From contig OZ234493.1 of the NCBI GenBank assembly GCA_965153455.1, positions 14,126,213 through 14,190,212 on the forward strand: a stretch of DNA of 64,000 bases. Reading direction: 5' to 3'. How positions within the stretch are numbered: the first letter of the stretch is position 1; each line of letters opens with the position of its first letter. Below, one piece after another: positions 51,301 to 64,000 of this stretch. The notes beneath the pieces are model-generated. The model saw only the letters and a program-made list of their open reading frames with translations, searched no databases and was not told where the DNA came from. Made by a program: the position numbers and the translations under genes. Source of the DNA: Sphagnum compactum. Lineage: Eukaryota.

Positions 51301-54300
51301 ACTGAGGAGATGTCATGAGGTGTGATGAAAATCCACTGAGATCCTTGCTGGACAGCAAAATCCACAACAGTATCAAGGCTGATTTTTCTACTGATTGCAT
51401 CCATGAAGACATCAAACTCATCCATGGCACGAAATGGTGCTTCAGTCATCTCATGAAGAGCCAACGCAAAAGACAATGTGGAGTAGGATCTCTCACCACC
51501 TGATAGAGCTCGGGTGTCCCTGACAGCACTGTTAGAGACATCCTGAGGCATCTGCACTTCTAACGAGAGCGTCTCAGTAGAGTAGTCCACTTTGACACTC
51601 CCACTGAAGCCCTTTTTTCGTAAGTGCCCATTAAATTGCCATGTAAGCTGCTGTCGAAGCCGAATAGCATTCTTTTGGAACTTTTTTAATCGGATCTGAT
51701 AAGTTCCGTCCAAAAGTTCAAGCTTCCCTTTGAGGCTTTTATACGTGAGCTCTTTCTTCACCACACGGCGCTCAATTTTCTGGCGCTTGTTTTCAAGATC
51801 TTCTAGAGGCTCATTGTTTCGCTCTTCCCTACGCACCTGATCTTGAAGGCGACAAAGAATGATGCTGTACTCCTGAGGGCTTTTATCAACTCCACCAAGA
51901 CCTGTCACCTCCTCCTCTGGACAAACTTGGGATGCTTTGCCAGTGGTTTCCTCTAACTCCTGGCGGAGATTCTCAACTGCTTTCTCAGCTTCACATATGT
52001 CCGGTAAAACCCTGGTTTGCATGATTTTCTGAAAATGCTCTAAAGCGAGGACAGCTGTTCTGAGTTCCTCCTCAAGGGTAAGAAGTTCTTCTTCAGCCAC
52101 CTCGGTGGCTTCAATGTCTCCTCTTGCTGACTCCCGGAGTGCATCAAAATGAGCTTTTGCTGCATCAACCTTTTCTTGGGCCCTCTGAAGACTGAATGTC
52201 AACTTCACCAGCATGTCTTCATTTGCCTGTATCCCTTCCCTCGCCTTTGAAATCTCCCCTTCAAGCTCGTTGACATCAGGCTCCACATCCATGGCCGACT
52301 CTGCTTGAGCAGCATTTTGCATGTCTCGCAATTGCAACTCAAGCCCAGTGATGTTCCGCTGGAAGTCCTGTCGTCTCCTTCTCGTAGCCTGTAATTGCAT
52401 CTGGAAGTTGTGAGCAGAATCAGCAGCAGCTCTCTTGCGGTTCTCAGCTGAATGGATAGTTCCCTGCAGTGCAGAGGCCTCAACCTCTGCCGTCTCCAAT
52501 TGATGGCCAACATGAACCCCAAGTCGCCCTTGGACTCGCCGATCCCTGTTCAGTATAGTCTCACTACCATTTCGAGAAAACAGTTTTATTCCATCTGCAG
52601 TCAAAACCTCCTTCACATTGTTACTGAGATGAGAATTACCAAAGGCAATGAGCTTCCCTTCGTTGTAGTCTTTTGCCAGGACTTGCCTTTCAATGCTTCC
52701 CTGGTCCACCAGGACATTCATGACAACATGATTATCAGACTGAAGAACTGACATAACAGTCCTGAGACTAGAGTCAGGCAACAGATGTGGTGGCAACTGC
52801 AAAGGAGGCCGATCAAAATCATATATGATGATCTGAACATAACCATAGTTTGACCATTGGGCACATTTACGAAGTAGTAGCATATCCTTCTGATTGGTGA
52901 CAATAAAAGCATTCAGGAGCTTGCCAACCGCTACTTCGATTGCAAGTGACCATTTATCATTTCCAACCAGTGCGGTGTGTGAACCAAGAGGGCCAACTGG
53001 TGGGCTTGTAAACCCACGGGACTGAGCCTCCACTGTTTGGAGCAGCTTCAGGACTTTGTCTCCTCCAAACGTGGTCATCACATTGGACTGCTGGGACTTG
53101 AGCCGCCGAATGTAGCCCTGTGTATCTCGAAGCTTGGCTCCAAGCTCTTCCATTTCTGACTTGATCCCATTGACTTGCTGATTCATGGCATCAACTTGTC
53201 CTTGCAGGTTTGCTTCCTCTTCTCGAATCTGTCTGAGCTCACTTTGCGCAGCTTCAACATTCAGGTTAAGCTTTTCAAACTGCTCCTGTCTTACTGCCTC
53301 TTCAGCTTGAGTATCCTGGACATGACGATTGCGAACTTCTGTAACATGTTGCTCAAGTGTTTGCAACTGCTCCATCTGCCTTGCAATCTGACGCTGCTTG
53401 TTGTTCAAGTCCTCTTCCAATCCTGCTTTTTCCCGAGTTGCTAGGGAGAGTGCTTGCTGAAGCTCATTTTGGGAATTCCTCTGTTGATTAGATGTTTCAA
53501 GTAGGCTAGCAATTGAAGCTCGCTTCAGGCGGATGGCCTCCTGCACATTTTTGGTCACCTCCTCAGCTTCATCAATCTTTCTCTGGCAGGTTGGAATGCG
53601 GCTCTGAAACTTCTCAAGGTTTTGTGCTTCTAGTTGGAGCTTCTTCTGTGTATCATATACCCAACACCAAGCAAGTTTCTTCTTTAGAACACCAACCTGC
53701 TGTGCCATCTCTTCAATTTCCTGCGCATTCCTGATCTGCTCATCTAGAGTTTTGAGCTCCTCAATGAATGGCACCATCTCCTGTTTGAGCTCTTCAACCA
53801 CAGCACCTGCATTCTCAATTTTCTCCCGTATTGTCATCAGGAGCTCTGCCACTTGCTGCAGCAGTGTAGCTTTAAAGTAAAACTTGAATTTTTCCTTGCC
53901 ACTCCCGGCATGGAGGAACTCTCGGCTTTTGTCTTGTGTCATGATGACACAAGGATTGTCCACCTCGATGTTGAAATGGTCCAAAAGCTCTTGAAGGTCC
54001 TCCCTCTTGCCGGCAACTTTCTTGCCCTTCTCATCCTTCATACAGAAGGTCTGGGTGGTCTCTGTGATTCGGCGCTCCACTGTGATGACCTTACCATACA
54101 AGGAAGGTTTGAAGGCATCCTCTCCTTCATTCTTAATGTCAACCGACACAGAACCATAGCCACATCCATTCTTGATAAAATCCTTCAAGGAGGATGCCCG
54201 CTGTGTGCCCCGTGCTTTGATTCCAAATGCAACACAGAGAGCAGTGAGGATGGCGCTCTTGCCACTCCCATTCTGCCCTGTGATGAAATTCACGTGGTCC

Positions 54301-55886
54301 TCAAGCTCAATGATCAAGCTACTATGGCACATGAAGTTTTGCAGTTTTATCCTCTTGATTGACCCTGCCTTCTCTGCAATTTCTTCCATCCTGCCAGAAA
54401 AAAGATCCAATGCATGGTGTCATGCAACACCATCTAGAAAACCTCTTCTCCTAACCCCCAAAAAGGCGAACATTCCTGCTATGATCTTGCTGGAATCTTA
54501 AGCTTCTGCACACACATTTACAATATAAGAAAGAAACATTTCTTGGAAAGCTTGACGAATTGATTGTTGAGGACGGTTGAATCTATTCCAAGTCCCGACA
54601 CAAATCCCACCTTTGTGTGTTCGTGAATCTTGCACTCCAAATTCGTACTCATAGCATTGAAAGTAAATCCCAACGCTTCGAACTCACAACACTGAAGAAA
54701 AATAACATTGTCGAAGATGATGACCATTCACTCATAAACCATAGTGCTACAAGATGTGAATGCTACATAATGTCATTGCCGAAAAACAAAGTTGTTGAAC
54801 AAACAAGCTTGTGAATGATAGATTTGCCGCTTTAGGTTTAGGGTTTAGGCCAAAAAAGACAAAACCTAAATGGACGGAACTTTTTGGATGAACAAATATA
54901 CATGGATGAAGATTGGATGAATAACTGACCCAGGTGTTTTTCACCTGAACCCATTAATTAGGGTATAAGTTGGGTGCTTTTTTTTCCCAAAGTCATACCC
55001 TATCAACAGGGTAGTAATGGGTATTGAAAGTTCATACTGAGCCGGGTAGGTTCCTACCCATGTATTCCTAAATCTCAGACGTGGTAGGTAGGTTATTTTG
55101 GTACCCGGATCCGTACCCAGGATGATAACCGGGTCAAAAAGAAATAACCGGCGAACACTGGTCCCGACCCACTTTACTAAAAAATTTAAAATTGTTATCA
55201 CGAAACATTTATTTATTTTCTTAATTTGTTTAGCTACCTGAATTTGAACCCGGGACTCCAAGAAAACCATTAATTGGAGCAGTAGCCTACTTTGAAAAGG
55301 AGCCGCTCCTGCAGCGTTTTTTTTCTTTACTTCTTTCTTTTTGAAAACATAAGTGAAAGCTTATGCATTGATAGGACAACAATGTGAAAAATTATATCTT
55401 ACATTCATAACTCTAAATCTATATATAAGAAATACCCATACCGAAGTTGGATATGTTTTGATATGCAAGTATTTTTATTTTAATTTTTTAAAGTATAACT
55501 TAAACCTTAACTTTGTTTAACATTCTAGTAATGAAGTGGGGTAGCTCCCAAGTGTTTACAATTAACCAATATGATTGGCCCATCATCAAAAATAGAAAAT
55601 AAAAACAAAACTATAACTTTAAAAGCTCCGCAAATATATATTTATCTATGGGGAGGTGTAGAGCCATCCCTTTGTGCCAAGTATATAGGTGAGAAGGTGA
55701 AAACTTTACGCAAATCATTTGAGATAAAATTTAGAACGGTTAGTTAACATGTGGTAAAAGTGCAACATGTGGTAAATGTTTGATTCTTGCATTTTGACAT
55801 TGGATTTGACATCTATAAATTGTTTTTAATTTTTCAAAATGTTGAAATTTTCTTTTATTTTTAATTAAATAAATGAATATGTACCC
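48381..55886 (-). repeat. Right arm of the 7.5-kb inverted duplication
   Basis: Reverse complement of 35277-42782. Confidence 0.97.
51249..54389 (-). CDS. SMC6: SMC6, second intronless copy
   Basis: Translation appears identical to 36774-39914. Confidence 0.96.
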   Translation of the reverse strand: MEEIAEKAGSIKRIKLQNFMCHSSLIIELEDHVNFITGQNGSGKSAILTALCVAFGIKARGTQRASSLKDFIKNGCGYGSVSVDIKNEGEDAFKPSLYGKVITVERRITETTQTFCMKDEKGKKVAGKREDLQELLDHFNIEVDNPCVIMTQDKSREFLHAGSGKEKFKFYFKATLLQQVAELLMTIREKIENAGAVVEELKQEMVPFIEELKTLDEQIRNAQEIEEMAQQVGVLKKKLAWCWVYDTQKKLQLEAQNLEKFQSRIPTCQRKIDEAEEVTKNVQEAIRLKRASIASLLETSNQQRNSQNELQQALSLATREKAGLEEDLNNKQRQIARQMEQLQTLEQHVTEVRNRHVQDTQAEEAVRQEQFEKLNLNVEAAQSELRQIREEEANLQGQVDAMNQQVNGIKSEMEELGAKLRDTQGYIRRLKSQQSNVMTTFGGDKVLKLLQTVEAQSRGFTSPPVGPLGSHTALVGNDKWSLAIEVAVGKLLNAFIVTNQKDMLLLRKCAQWSNYGYVQIIIYDFDRPPLQLPPHLLPDSSLRTVMSVLQSDNHVVMNVLVDQGSIERQVLAKDYNEGKLIAFGNSHLSNNVKEVLTADGIKLFSRNGSETILNRDRRVQGRLGVHVGHQLETAEVEASALQGTIHSAENRKRAAADSAHNFQMQLQATRRRRQDFQRNITGLELQLRDMQNAAQAESAMDVEPDVNELEGEISKAREGIQANEDMLVKLTFSLQRAQEKVDAAKAHFDALRESARGDIEATEVAEEELLTLEEELRTAVLALEHFQKIMQTRVLPDICEAEKAVENLRQELEETTGKASQVCPEEEVTGLGGVDKSPQEYSIILCRLQDQVRREERNNEPLEDLENKRQKIERRVVKKELTYKSLKGKLELLDGTYQIRLKKFQKNAIRLRQQLTWQFNGHLRKKGFSGSVKVDYSTETLSLEVQMPQDVSNSAVRDTRALSGGERSYSTLSFALALHEMTEAPFRAMDEFDVFMDAISRKISLDTVVDFAVQQGSQWIFITPHDISSVKAGPFVRKQQMSAPRP

Positions 55887-56599
55887 TTTTTTTTAGCCCA
55901 AAAGGTGTATATGATAAAAAGGTACAAATATCCTACCCATCTACAAAACTAATAATTTTCGTATGCCCAGACCTTAATCTAATGAAACTTTTTAAGTGTG
56001 TTAATATACCCTTATGCAATGGATAAATAAATTGAATATATACATAGTCTTATTCAAGGGTACATCAAAATTCAATATCTCCCCTACCTTTAAGTCTAAA
56101 AATTAGAGAATGGCCTCCAAGAAAGCCCACTCGTGGAGGGCTTTCCAACAAGTAAAAAAATACCAAAAGATTACCCCAATTTCCCTAAAAAAATGTGTTT
56201 TGATTTGTTGAATTTGATTTGTAAAATTTGTTCAATAATCAATATATTGTCTACCGTATGTCCAAACATTACAAAATCACCTTGCTGCACCCCTTACTCA
56301 TTAAGGGATTTTCAACAACACCGAGGGCATGGTGGGGGGTGCCATGGTTTGGGAGATCTCAACATCACAAACAAAATAAACAAACTACCCTCCTTAGAGA
56401 TAGATTGATGTGAACCTTACATTTTCTAAACTTTTAAAATTTTCTAACCTTCCAACTTAAAAAATTCCTTGTGTTGAGAAAGAAGACTTGTTAACACCAT
56501 ATCTCACACCCTAATTCCAAATTCCATTCTTAAGACTTTACTCACATTTCTCACTTCCGTATAAAACAACAAACAAATATGGAGGAGGTCGGTTGATTG

Positions 56600-58236
56600 G
56601 ACACCTTTATGTAAATAAGAAAGAAGAAATTCTATGGGGTCCAACATTTCTCTTGAGCAACCTATTGAATTGAGGCGCATGTTCTTTTGTCAAAGTCCTC
56701 AAATCGTGTTTCCAAATCAGAAACAAGTGGTTCAACATGTCATTCCTAAATCGGTTGCCAAAACCATGGAAAATTTTGTGATGTCAACTTTAAAATCTTG
56801 TATCACAACAACTTTTTTTGATTTGTGGATGTCCAGATCTGGACATGACACATTTGCTCTTGTAATTAATTTCATAAACTCACATTGGGTGCCTTGCCAT
56901 GTGATAATGGGCCTTTTTGAAGCTATTGATACATCTAGAGTTGCGATGGCTGCACAAATGAAGGAACTATAGTCGTCTTACAATTTATTGGACAAATTAA
57001 TTGCATACGTGAAAGACAAAGGGGGCAATCTATCCACCCTTGCAAGAACTTTAAGTTATGTGGTTAATTGTGCTCCTTTGAAACTTGTAACTCTTTGGCA
57101 AGGTTCTTGTTTTGGCCACGTTTTTAACAAAGCATGCCAATATGCTTGCAATGATGTAATAATATGTCTTGGTTTTTAAGAGGTTTATTTGAAAGCCACA
57201 TAGTCAGCCTTGCAAAAAATAATTTGGTGGACTAAGAAGTCCAACAAAGGTCAGAGTGAATGGAAGAGGGCATGCCTTGATGCAAGCTTTTGCCATCAAA
57301 AATTGAAGACCCCGATGAAGACTGGGTTCGCTAGCAAGGTTATTTTGTTCTAAGAAACGCTGGAGTATAGGGATGCCATAAATCTATGCTATGGCAAGCA
57401 TGAAACTTTGGAGTTACAGGGACATGTACCAGATGCCTAGATGTGGGTAGTTTGGAAAGCACTCACTAATACTATGCTTCCTATTGTGAAGAAGTGTATT
57501 TTGAACCAAACCTACGGCTATTGGTTAATCTTTAACATTTACATGTTGCATTTTCAATTAGTGTGAGTATGCAAATGGAGATTTAACAATCTAAAACCAC
57601 TTCCAACAATTGTATTAAGGGGGAATTTGAGTATGAGTTGCAAGCATCGCACTTGCGTATGATGGCAAAAGTGATGGCAATCCTAGTTCCTTTTTTGTCA
57701 TTTGCAACTACTTGCAATCCTAGCAAGGCACATAACATGCTTGCATTGATGTTGGACTAGCATTTCAAATGCCTAGATGTGGTCAAAGCTTTTGTGCGAT
57801 CGGCAAAAGTTATGGAGATGGTGGTAGAATATGATATTAAGTCTTTGATGTCGTTGGTGGTGGTAGCTTTTCACCTCCAAAATCCAGGTTCTATTGACCC
57901 TATTGATGCACTAGTGGTTGCCAATGAAGATTCCATTCTTGGCCCAGTGACTTCAAACGAAGCTACTTTGCAAGGGTTATTAAAGAATGAACTATCTTTA
58001 TTCCACCATTTGCATGTGAAGCCTAAACACTGCTTATTGCCCTTAACTTGGTGGAAGTCCCATGAATTGCAATTTCCCAACATATCCTTTGTTGCAAGGC
58101 AAATTTTTTGGATTCTTAAAAATATTCAATATTGTTGGAGTTTTGACAAGTTTACATCGTTGTAAACTAGGAGTGGAGAATCTAGATAAGCTTGTCATGC
58201 ATATGGAGAATCTAGATAAGCTTGTCATGCATATGG
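56600..58236 (+). mobile_element. Degenerate hAT transposase pseudogene
   Basis: FDLWMS (first D), YVKD.G.NL (second D), CFGH (CxxH), PLTWWKSHELQFPNISFVARQI and RCKLGVENLDKLV (dimerisation domain). Multiple stops and frameshifts. Confidence 0.85.
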
Positions 58237-60349
58237 TACCCATTTTATTTAACATTTTTTTGTTAATTCTTTAAATATTAAATATGTAAATCATGGGTGA
58301 AAACACATTAAAATGAAACCAAAATAATAATTGAAAGTTCATTTCAAACGTATTTAAACTTATCTTACAATACAAATGCTTGATTTTTTTTTAAAAATCC
58401 ACTTTTAAACCCTTTCAAAATTTGAAACATTTGTTATAAGTTAACAAATCAAATGAAGGTGTTCAAAACTTTGAAATTTTTTGAAAACCCTATCACCACA
58501 AAAAATAAAATGGGGTGCTTTAAATATGACATTTTTAAATAAAATCAAGATATATCAATAAAATAATCAGAGAATTATCCAAGGTCAATGAAATAATCAT
58601 AGCACATTTAATTTCTAAAATTCAATCTTATCACTTTTAAGAATGTAACATAAAACTATGAAGCTTGTAAATCACAAGCAAGTTTAAGATCAAAACTATG
58701 TATATTTATTACATAGTTATAGAAATCTATGTTTTTGTTCGCATAAATATTTTTTCACCTTTTTATTGGCTATGTATAAATAATATGGCACCCATTTTCC
58801 TGCCATGGATTTCACATAAACTATATCAAAGCTTTTCAAAACTAAAATTTCAATTACCTTCACAATTATGTTTCGTGAAGTTTTACATTCCTACAATTCA
58901 TTTCTATCAAATGAATATGTTTACAAAGGTCACAAACATTTTTTTATATATTAACTAAAATGAAATTAAACAAGAAATTTTCTAAAGTTTACACATACAA
59001 ATAAAATGATAATTTTTTTCCATATGAACTATCATATGCAAATCAATGCATCTTAATGTGACAAACAAATTTCACATAAATTATCATGTGTGAAGCAATG
59101 CATTTTAATGTGCCAAAAGATTTATCACATGAGTTTTCACATAAATTATCATGTGATAGTCAATGCACCTTAATGTGTCAAAAATTTATCATATAACTAT
59201 TTGTATCAAATCAGCTTGTCCGCATCTCGGACTCTGAACGCAAATTTTGGAACTGCTGATACCGTACAGACACCCCCCTTATACCAGTTCGTATTCCTAT
59301 TCGTACTTGTATTTGTATATGTATAGTTGAATAGTTGTGACTGCAATCTTTGCCCATTGATTTTGTCACCTCCCCAAAGTGGGTAGGTGCACATGGATTC
59401 TCAAGCCCTAAACGCTGAAGTGCATGATAAAGATGGAAAAGCACGGGCTCCTCAAGGCAGAAAACATATTTAAGGTTTTGTGATATGAAAACAAAAAACT
59501 GGAGTTCTTTGGTACCTATACATGGACTCTTGCCATAAACAATGACCATGAAATTTCACTGAATGAGAGGCAACACAGAACCCAGTGATGAAACTGCATA
59601 CATTTCAACTCATGTGCCCAAAACTGGAGAACAAAATTCACCCAGGAGCACGCCAAATTTAAGGGAAATCAACCCATCAGGATGAAAAAAAGGGTCCAGC
59701 ATGACCTGCAACAGAAAGTGGAGAAATATCTACGTGGGCAGGAGAAGGTGGTGACATCAACTTCTTTGTAAGGCAAACAGCTCTAGGTCACAACACAAGG
59801 AAATAAAAAATAAAAACTCCTTCCAGGAGGCCAATTTGAAGCAAAAACCCATGGATATAAGTGCACCGATCCGAGATTGAGTCACCTGGAAAACCGCTGG
59901 ACTCTGCAAAGAAGACAAACCTGACCTAACCCGCAAACTCGGAGGATGAGGCAGACGAGTGGGAACACCCAAACCCTAGAACCCAAAATGCTCTTCTGGA
60001 GTTCAAATTCAAAGGGGGGAAAACAGTAACAAAAACATGAGAAAGGATCCCTGAAGGTGGAGACGGTTTGGGAGGTGAAGAGAGAGAGCGAGAGAGAGGA
60101 GAAGATCGCACCGGCATAGAATGAATCGATGGAGATCGAGATACTCGCGTTGAGCTTGCCTCCAAACACTTCTGCGAGATGACAAAGCGGAAAGGAACCT
60201 ACACCCACAATCCGAACTCAAGACGGCGGGAAATCTCATCGTCCAGCCAGCAGTCGATATCTCAATCGAAATCTCAAAACGAGGGGCCTATGTTTTCGCT
60301 CATTGACAAAAAAGAAGTGGGTGGTGGGACGAACTCTTGAACCCACATT

Positions 60350-60647
60350 ATTAACTCCCTCAAACATTCCTCCTTTGGGATATGGACGAATTTACCGCCT
60401 CCTTTTAGGAACGCCATATAACCATAAGCAATATGAGGAAATGATTAATGATTATCCAGCTTGTAGTTGGGTGGATTTTGCTTCCATGATGGCTTCGTCC
60501 TTTGGCAAGCAGGGGTCGTGGGTGCCTTGTATGCACATTTCATTTTGCAATATGCCATGTATTTTGGGATTAAAGAACCATTCATCCACTATCCATCCTA
60601 GAGCTGGAATGAGGTTCATAGATTATTATATCGAGCCAAAGTCGTGA
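60350..60647 (+). pseudogene. Second SWIM-finger fragment
   Basis: YEEMINDYPACSWVDF...WVPCMHI; paralogue of 47060-47355. Confidence 0.5.
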
Positions 60648-61653
60648 AGGTAATTTTGGTTATAGAATCATTAGATTGTTGTTAAATAGGACTATTACGG
60701 GTCTATTCGACAAATAATTTGGATGAAAATTTTGACAGGTTGAAATGCATGGATGGAACTAATTCCAAAACATTTATGATGGATGAAGACCACATATACA
60801 TGGATGAAAATTACAAGCAGGATGAAATATTAATGTGAACGTGGAACATGAATGGACTTTTCGATGATAATTAAAAGTAGACAAGTTGTTTGGATAAATT
60901 TTTTGGCTGGTTGAATGTATGGATGAAAGTAATTCCAAAACAATTATGACAAATGAAAATTACTGGATTCACATAATTTTCATGTCTAACTTGTCCACAA
61001 AGGCAAAACTTGATGGAATCACTTTACAATGTAAACAGGGGAAACAATAACTTGTGTAAGTTAAATCAAGTCACATAATAAGTTAAAGGTAGGAAGTCCA
61101 CATAATAATGCAATGGGAAAATGCTTGGAAAATTAGTGAATAATGCACTACACACATAATGTTGAAAAATATTTTCATTTTTGCTATCATCCAAAACGTT
61201 CTGGATGTTCAACTTTCATCCAAACATTTCATCCACTTTGTGATTTTCATCCATGTACATGTGGAAAAATATTTTCCATGTCATTTTTATGTGGCATAAG
61301 GATATTATAGTAATCACTAAAAGAAAAACATGTATTTTTACTAGTCTTTGCGACTAAATTTTAGTCGCAAGAAACATTTTGCAACTAAAATCCCTTTAGT
61401 CGCCTACGACAAGTTGCATGTGATAAATTAGTCACAAATGACAAAGGGTATTATATGAAAGAAAAAGTCAACAAATACATTTCATCCTTTGACTCCATTG
61501 TATACGTATTGTCACATGCGATTAAGATGCAACTATTTTGGTCACAATTGAGGGCAAATGATGTGTTGCCACGTGTTTTAATATTTTATTATTTAAATTA
61601 TTATTATTATTAATTGAATGGCTAAGTCTTTGGTGGACATCCTTTTGGGTTGC

Positions 61654-62059
61654 CTATGTGTTGATATTACATTGGCCTGGATGTTTGACACACCAAAGAG
61701 GCTGCAAAGGTTCAGCACCGATACCCCTGGACACTAACCGGAATCTCGAGTCATTCAACCTGTCAATAGCCTGTGCATATCCTTTTTTCCCATCAGGGTG
61801 CTTGTTGCCTGACCAAAGCGACTCAGCCAAAGCTGCAGTACGGGCCCACAGACGGCTGTCAAGAACTGTAGCATCTGCTTGTTCAGACCAGAGGCTCACC
61901 TCTGCACCAATCACAAGAGCAACTTCAGAACTTGTCAAATTGAAAGTGATATCATAATCATAAATTCTTGCCCATGTTTTGAAAGGTTTGCACCAGGATC
62001 CACCACTGCCACCAGGGTAGTTAAACGGATTCCCTGGGTCATTGCTGTCTTCATCATAC
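61654..62059 (-). pseudogene. Third orphan terminal exon of GH20 beta-hexosaminidase
   Basis: Same motifs as 47891-48296, with private substitutions. Acceptor at 62061-62060. Confidence 0.88.
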
Positions 62060-64000
62060 CTATACAAGACCAACCCAAGGTCATGTCAACTACAAACTGG
62101 GGAAAAACATTTGAAATGTTACATTGTATTGTAACTTGTTGTGTTTAATTCACATTATTATCAAAACCCATTTAAAGCATATTTTTAAATTTTTCACATT
62201 ATCATTGTGTGATCAATAATGTTATTGCAATTTTGTATATTGTTTACACATACGATGTTTAAAATGTTGTTTAAGTTGTAATGCATTTAAAATCAAATGT
62301 GAATGTTTTTGAAAAAACATGATATACATATTTTTATAATCTTCATTTTAAAAATCTTATTATTTTTAATAAATTATTATTAGAAATTCAACATATGAAC
62401 TAATAATAGGTTCACCCCATAGTTGTTATTTAACCTTACAACAATATTTTTTACCCTCCAAATATTATAATTCGGTTATTGACTCCAACCTTCACCAATA
62501 AACATGAACTTGAAATAATAAAAAACTATAACCTTTGAATAGTGAAGCACCTAAACCAATCGATATATATGATCATTGAAGAATAAATGTTAAATTGTCA
62601 AATATTCACCAACATGATATGCTGTTTTAAAATGGAAAGTCATGCCCTTAAAATTAAATGTTTAATGTCATATACATAATTGCATTAACCATAAATTTGA
62701 AAATTATATCAATAAAAAATAATAACATTTTTCAAATTTTGAAATTAGTTTTTTTAATTAAAAAATATTATTTGTTTAAAAAAATTATTGATTACATCTA
62801 ACTAATTCATGTATGACCTCCAAGGGAAAAAAATCATTTACATGTAATAATACAACTATTAACCTTTCAAAATATTGTTAAATTGGAATTTATTACTAAT
62901 TATGAAAAATTATAATTATAATTTTGCAAATCCAAATGCTTTATAGGATGTGAAAGAATTGTTGTCCTTACAATATGGTTTCCTTGTGACAATGTTTTAT
63001 AATGTCAATGAGGTAAGAGTTGAGACAAAAGTTTGAAACTTGTGCTTTTCAATTTCCATTCGTCATCATCTTTTGTATCTTTTTAAGCTATTCCAACAAT
63101 ACCATAATACATTTCTAGGTTCGACATCCCTTTGTATTGAAGGTTTAAAAAACAATTATGAAGCCAAAATTTGTTTACCCGACGTTTTTTTATGGGCATG
63201 ATAGTTTAGTTTTGTAAAGAATTGTGTTATTCTATCACATGTTTTTTTTCGTTTTTAAAAAAAATTTGTGTATGTAATAAATCTAAAAAATAAGCCCTAC
63301 TCTTTAGTGATTGATGGAATGTCAATGGTTGGTGCCATGTTTCCTGCAATGGAGGTTTTGGGATCAAAACCTCGATTGTGACGCAAAATGTTTGTATAGA
63401 ACATTAGTGATGAAAAAATGCCGATATTTTTTAATTTAAATAAATTTTTGTTGAAAATTCAAAAACAACTGCATCGAAATAAATTTTTCAAAATAAATAT
63501 ATTTCAACAATAAGATGCCAAACTTGAAAAGGTATTACAATAGTGTCAATAATAATCAAGTGTCGTTGTTCCCTCACATGATTATTATCATTATTGTTGT
63601 CCATTATTATTTTTACAAGAAGGTTTTTTTACAACTAAATGTTAACTTGTGATCACATGAGGGTAAACATGTGAGCGTACAAGAATCTTTTCAAAATATT
63701 TTTTGCCACAAATATAAAATATTCTTGAAATATGCCTTGCCACATCAAATATTTAATTGACATCGAAACATATTTATTCTGCCACATGACAATCTTTTAA
63801 ACATGGATGAAATTTGACAATGAATCAAAACTTTTGTAACATTTGAATACAATGAGATTTGGAAATGAATAAAGTTTGTATAGGAGGTGGCATTTGTTGA
63901 AAGGCTTTACATAATTCTTGAAATTGGAATATGGAATAAATTGAATAAGGGAAACATTATTTTTAATTGAGGCACATCAATGTTGTATATTTAATTTCAA

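Larger units (their letters stand above)
58241..64000 (+). repeat. Third copy of the amplified module (direct repeat of 44991-50227), running off the window
   Basis: Colinear match, with extra sequence at ~59870-59908, ~60720-61155 and ~61220-61250. Confidence 0.95.

Overview
Eukaryotic land-plant nuclear DNA with spliceosomal GT-AG introns and AT-rich, TE-littered intergenic tracts. The gene set and repeat style suggest a moss such as Sphagnum (inference only). Left half: a low-complexity membrane-anchored ORF; a PLS-class PPR gene whose DYW deaminase domain survives as a decayed relic behind a (GATA)6-associated stop; a divergently oriented ~10-exon protein-only RNase P (PRORP) gene with an SPKK-repeat tail; hAT relics; a decayed intron-containing tyrosine-recombinase (Crypton-like) element; and an 8-exon CDKB gene. 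Right half: a solo LTR with a perfect 5-bp TSD, then a rearranged amplicon. A 7.5-kb near-identical inverted repeat carries two intact, intronless SMC6 genes in convergent orientation. A third, more diverged direct copy of the same module runs off the window end. Each copy carries an orphan terminal exon of beta-hexosaminidase; the second and third copies also carry a SWIM-finger fragment and an orphan E2F-type promoter block.
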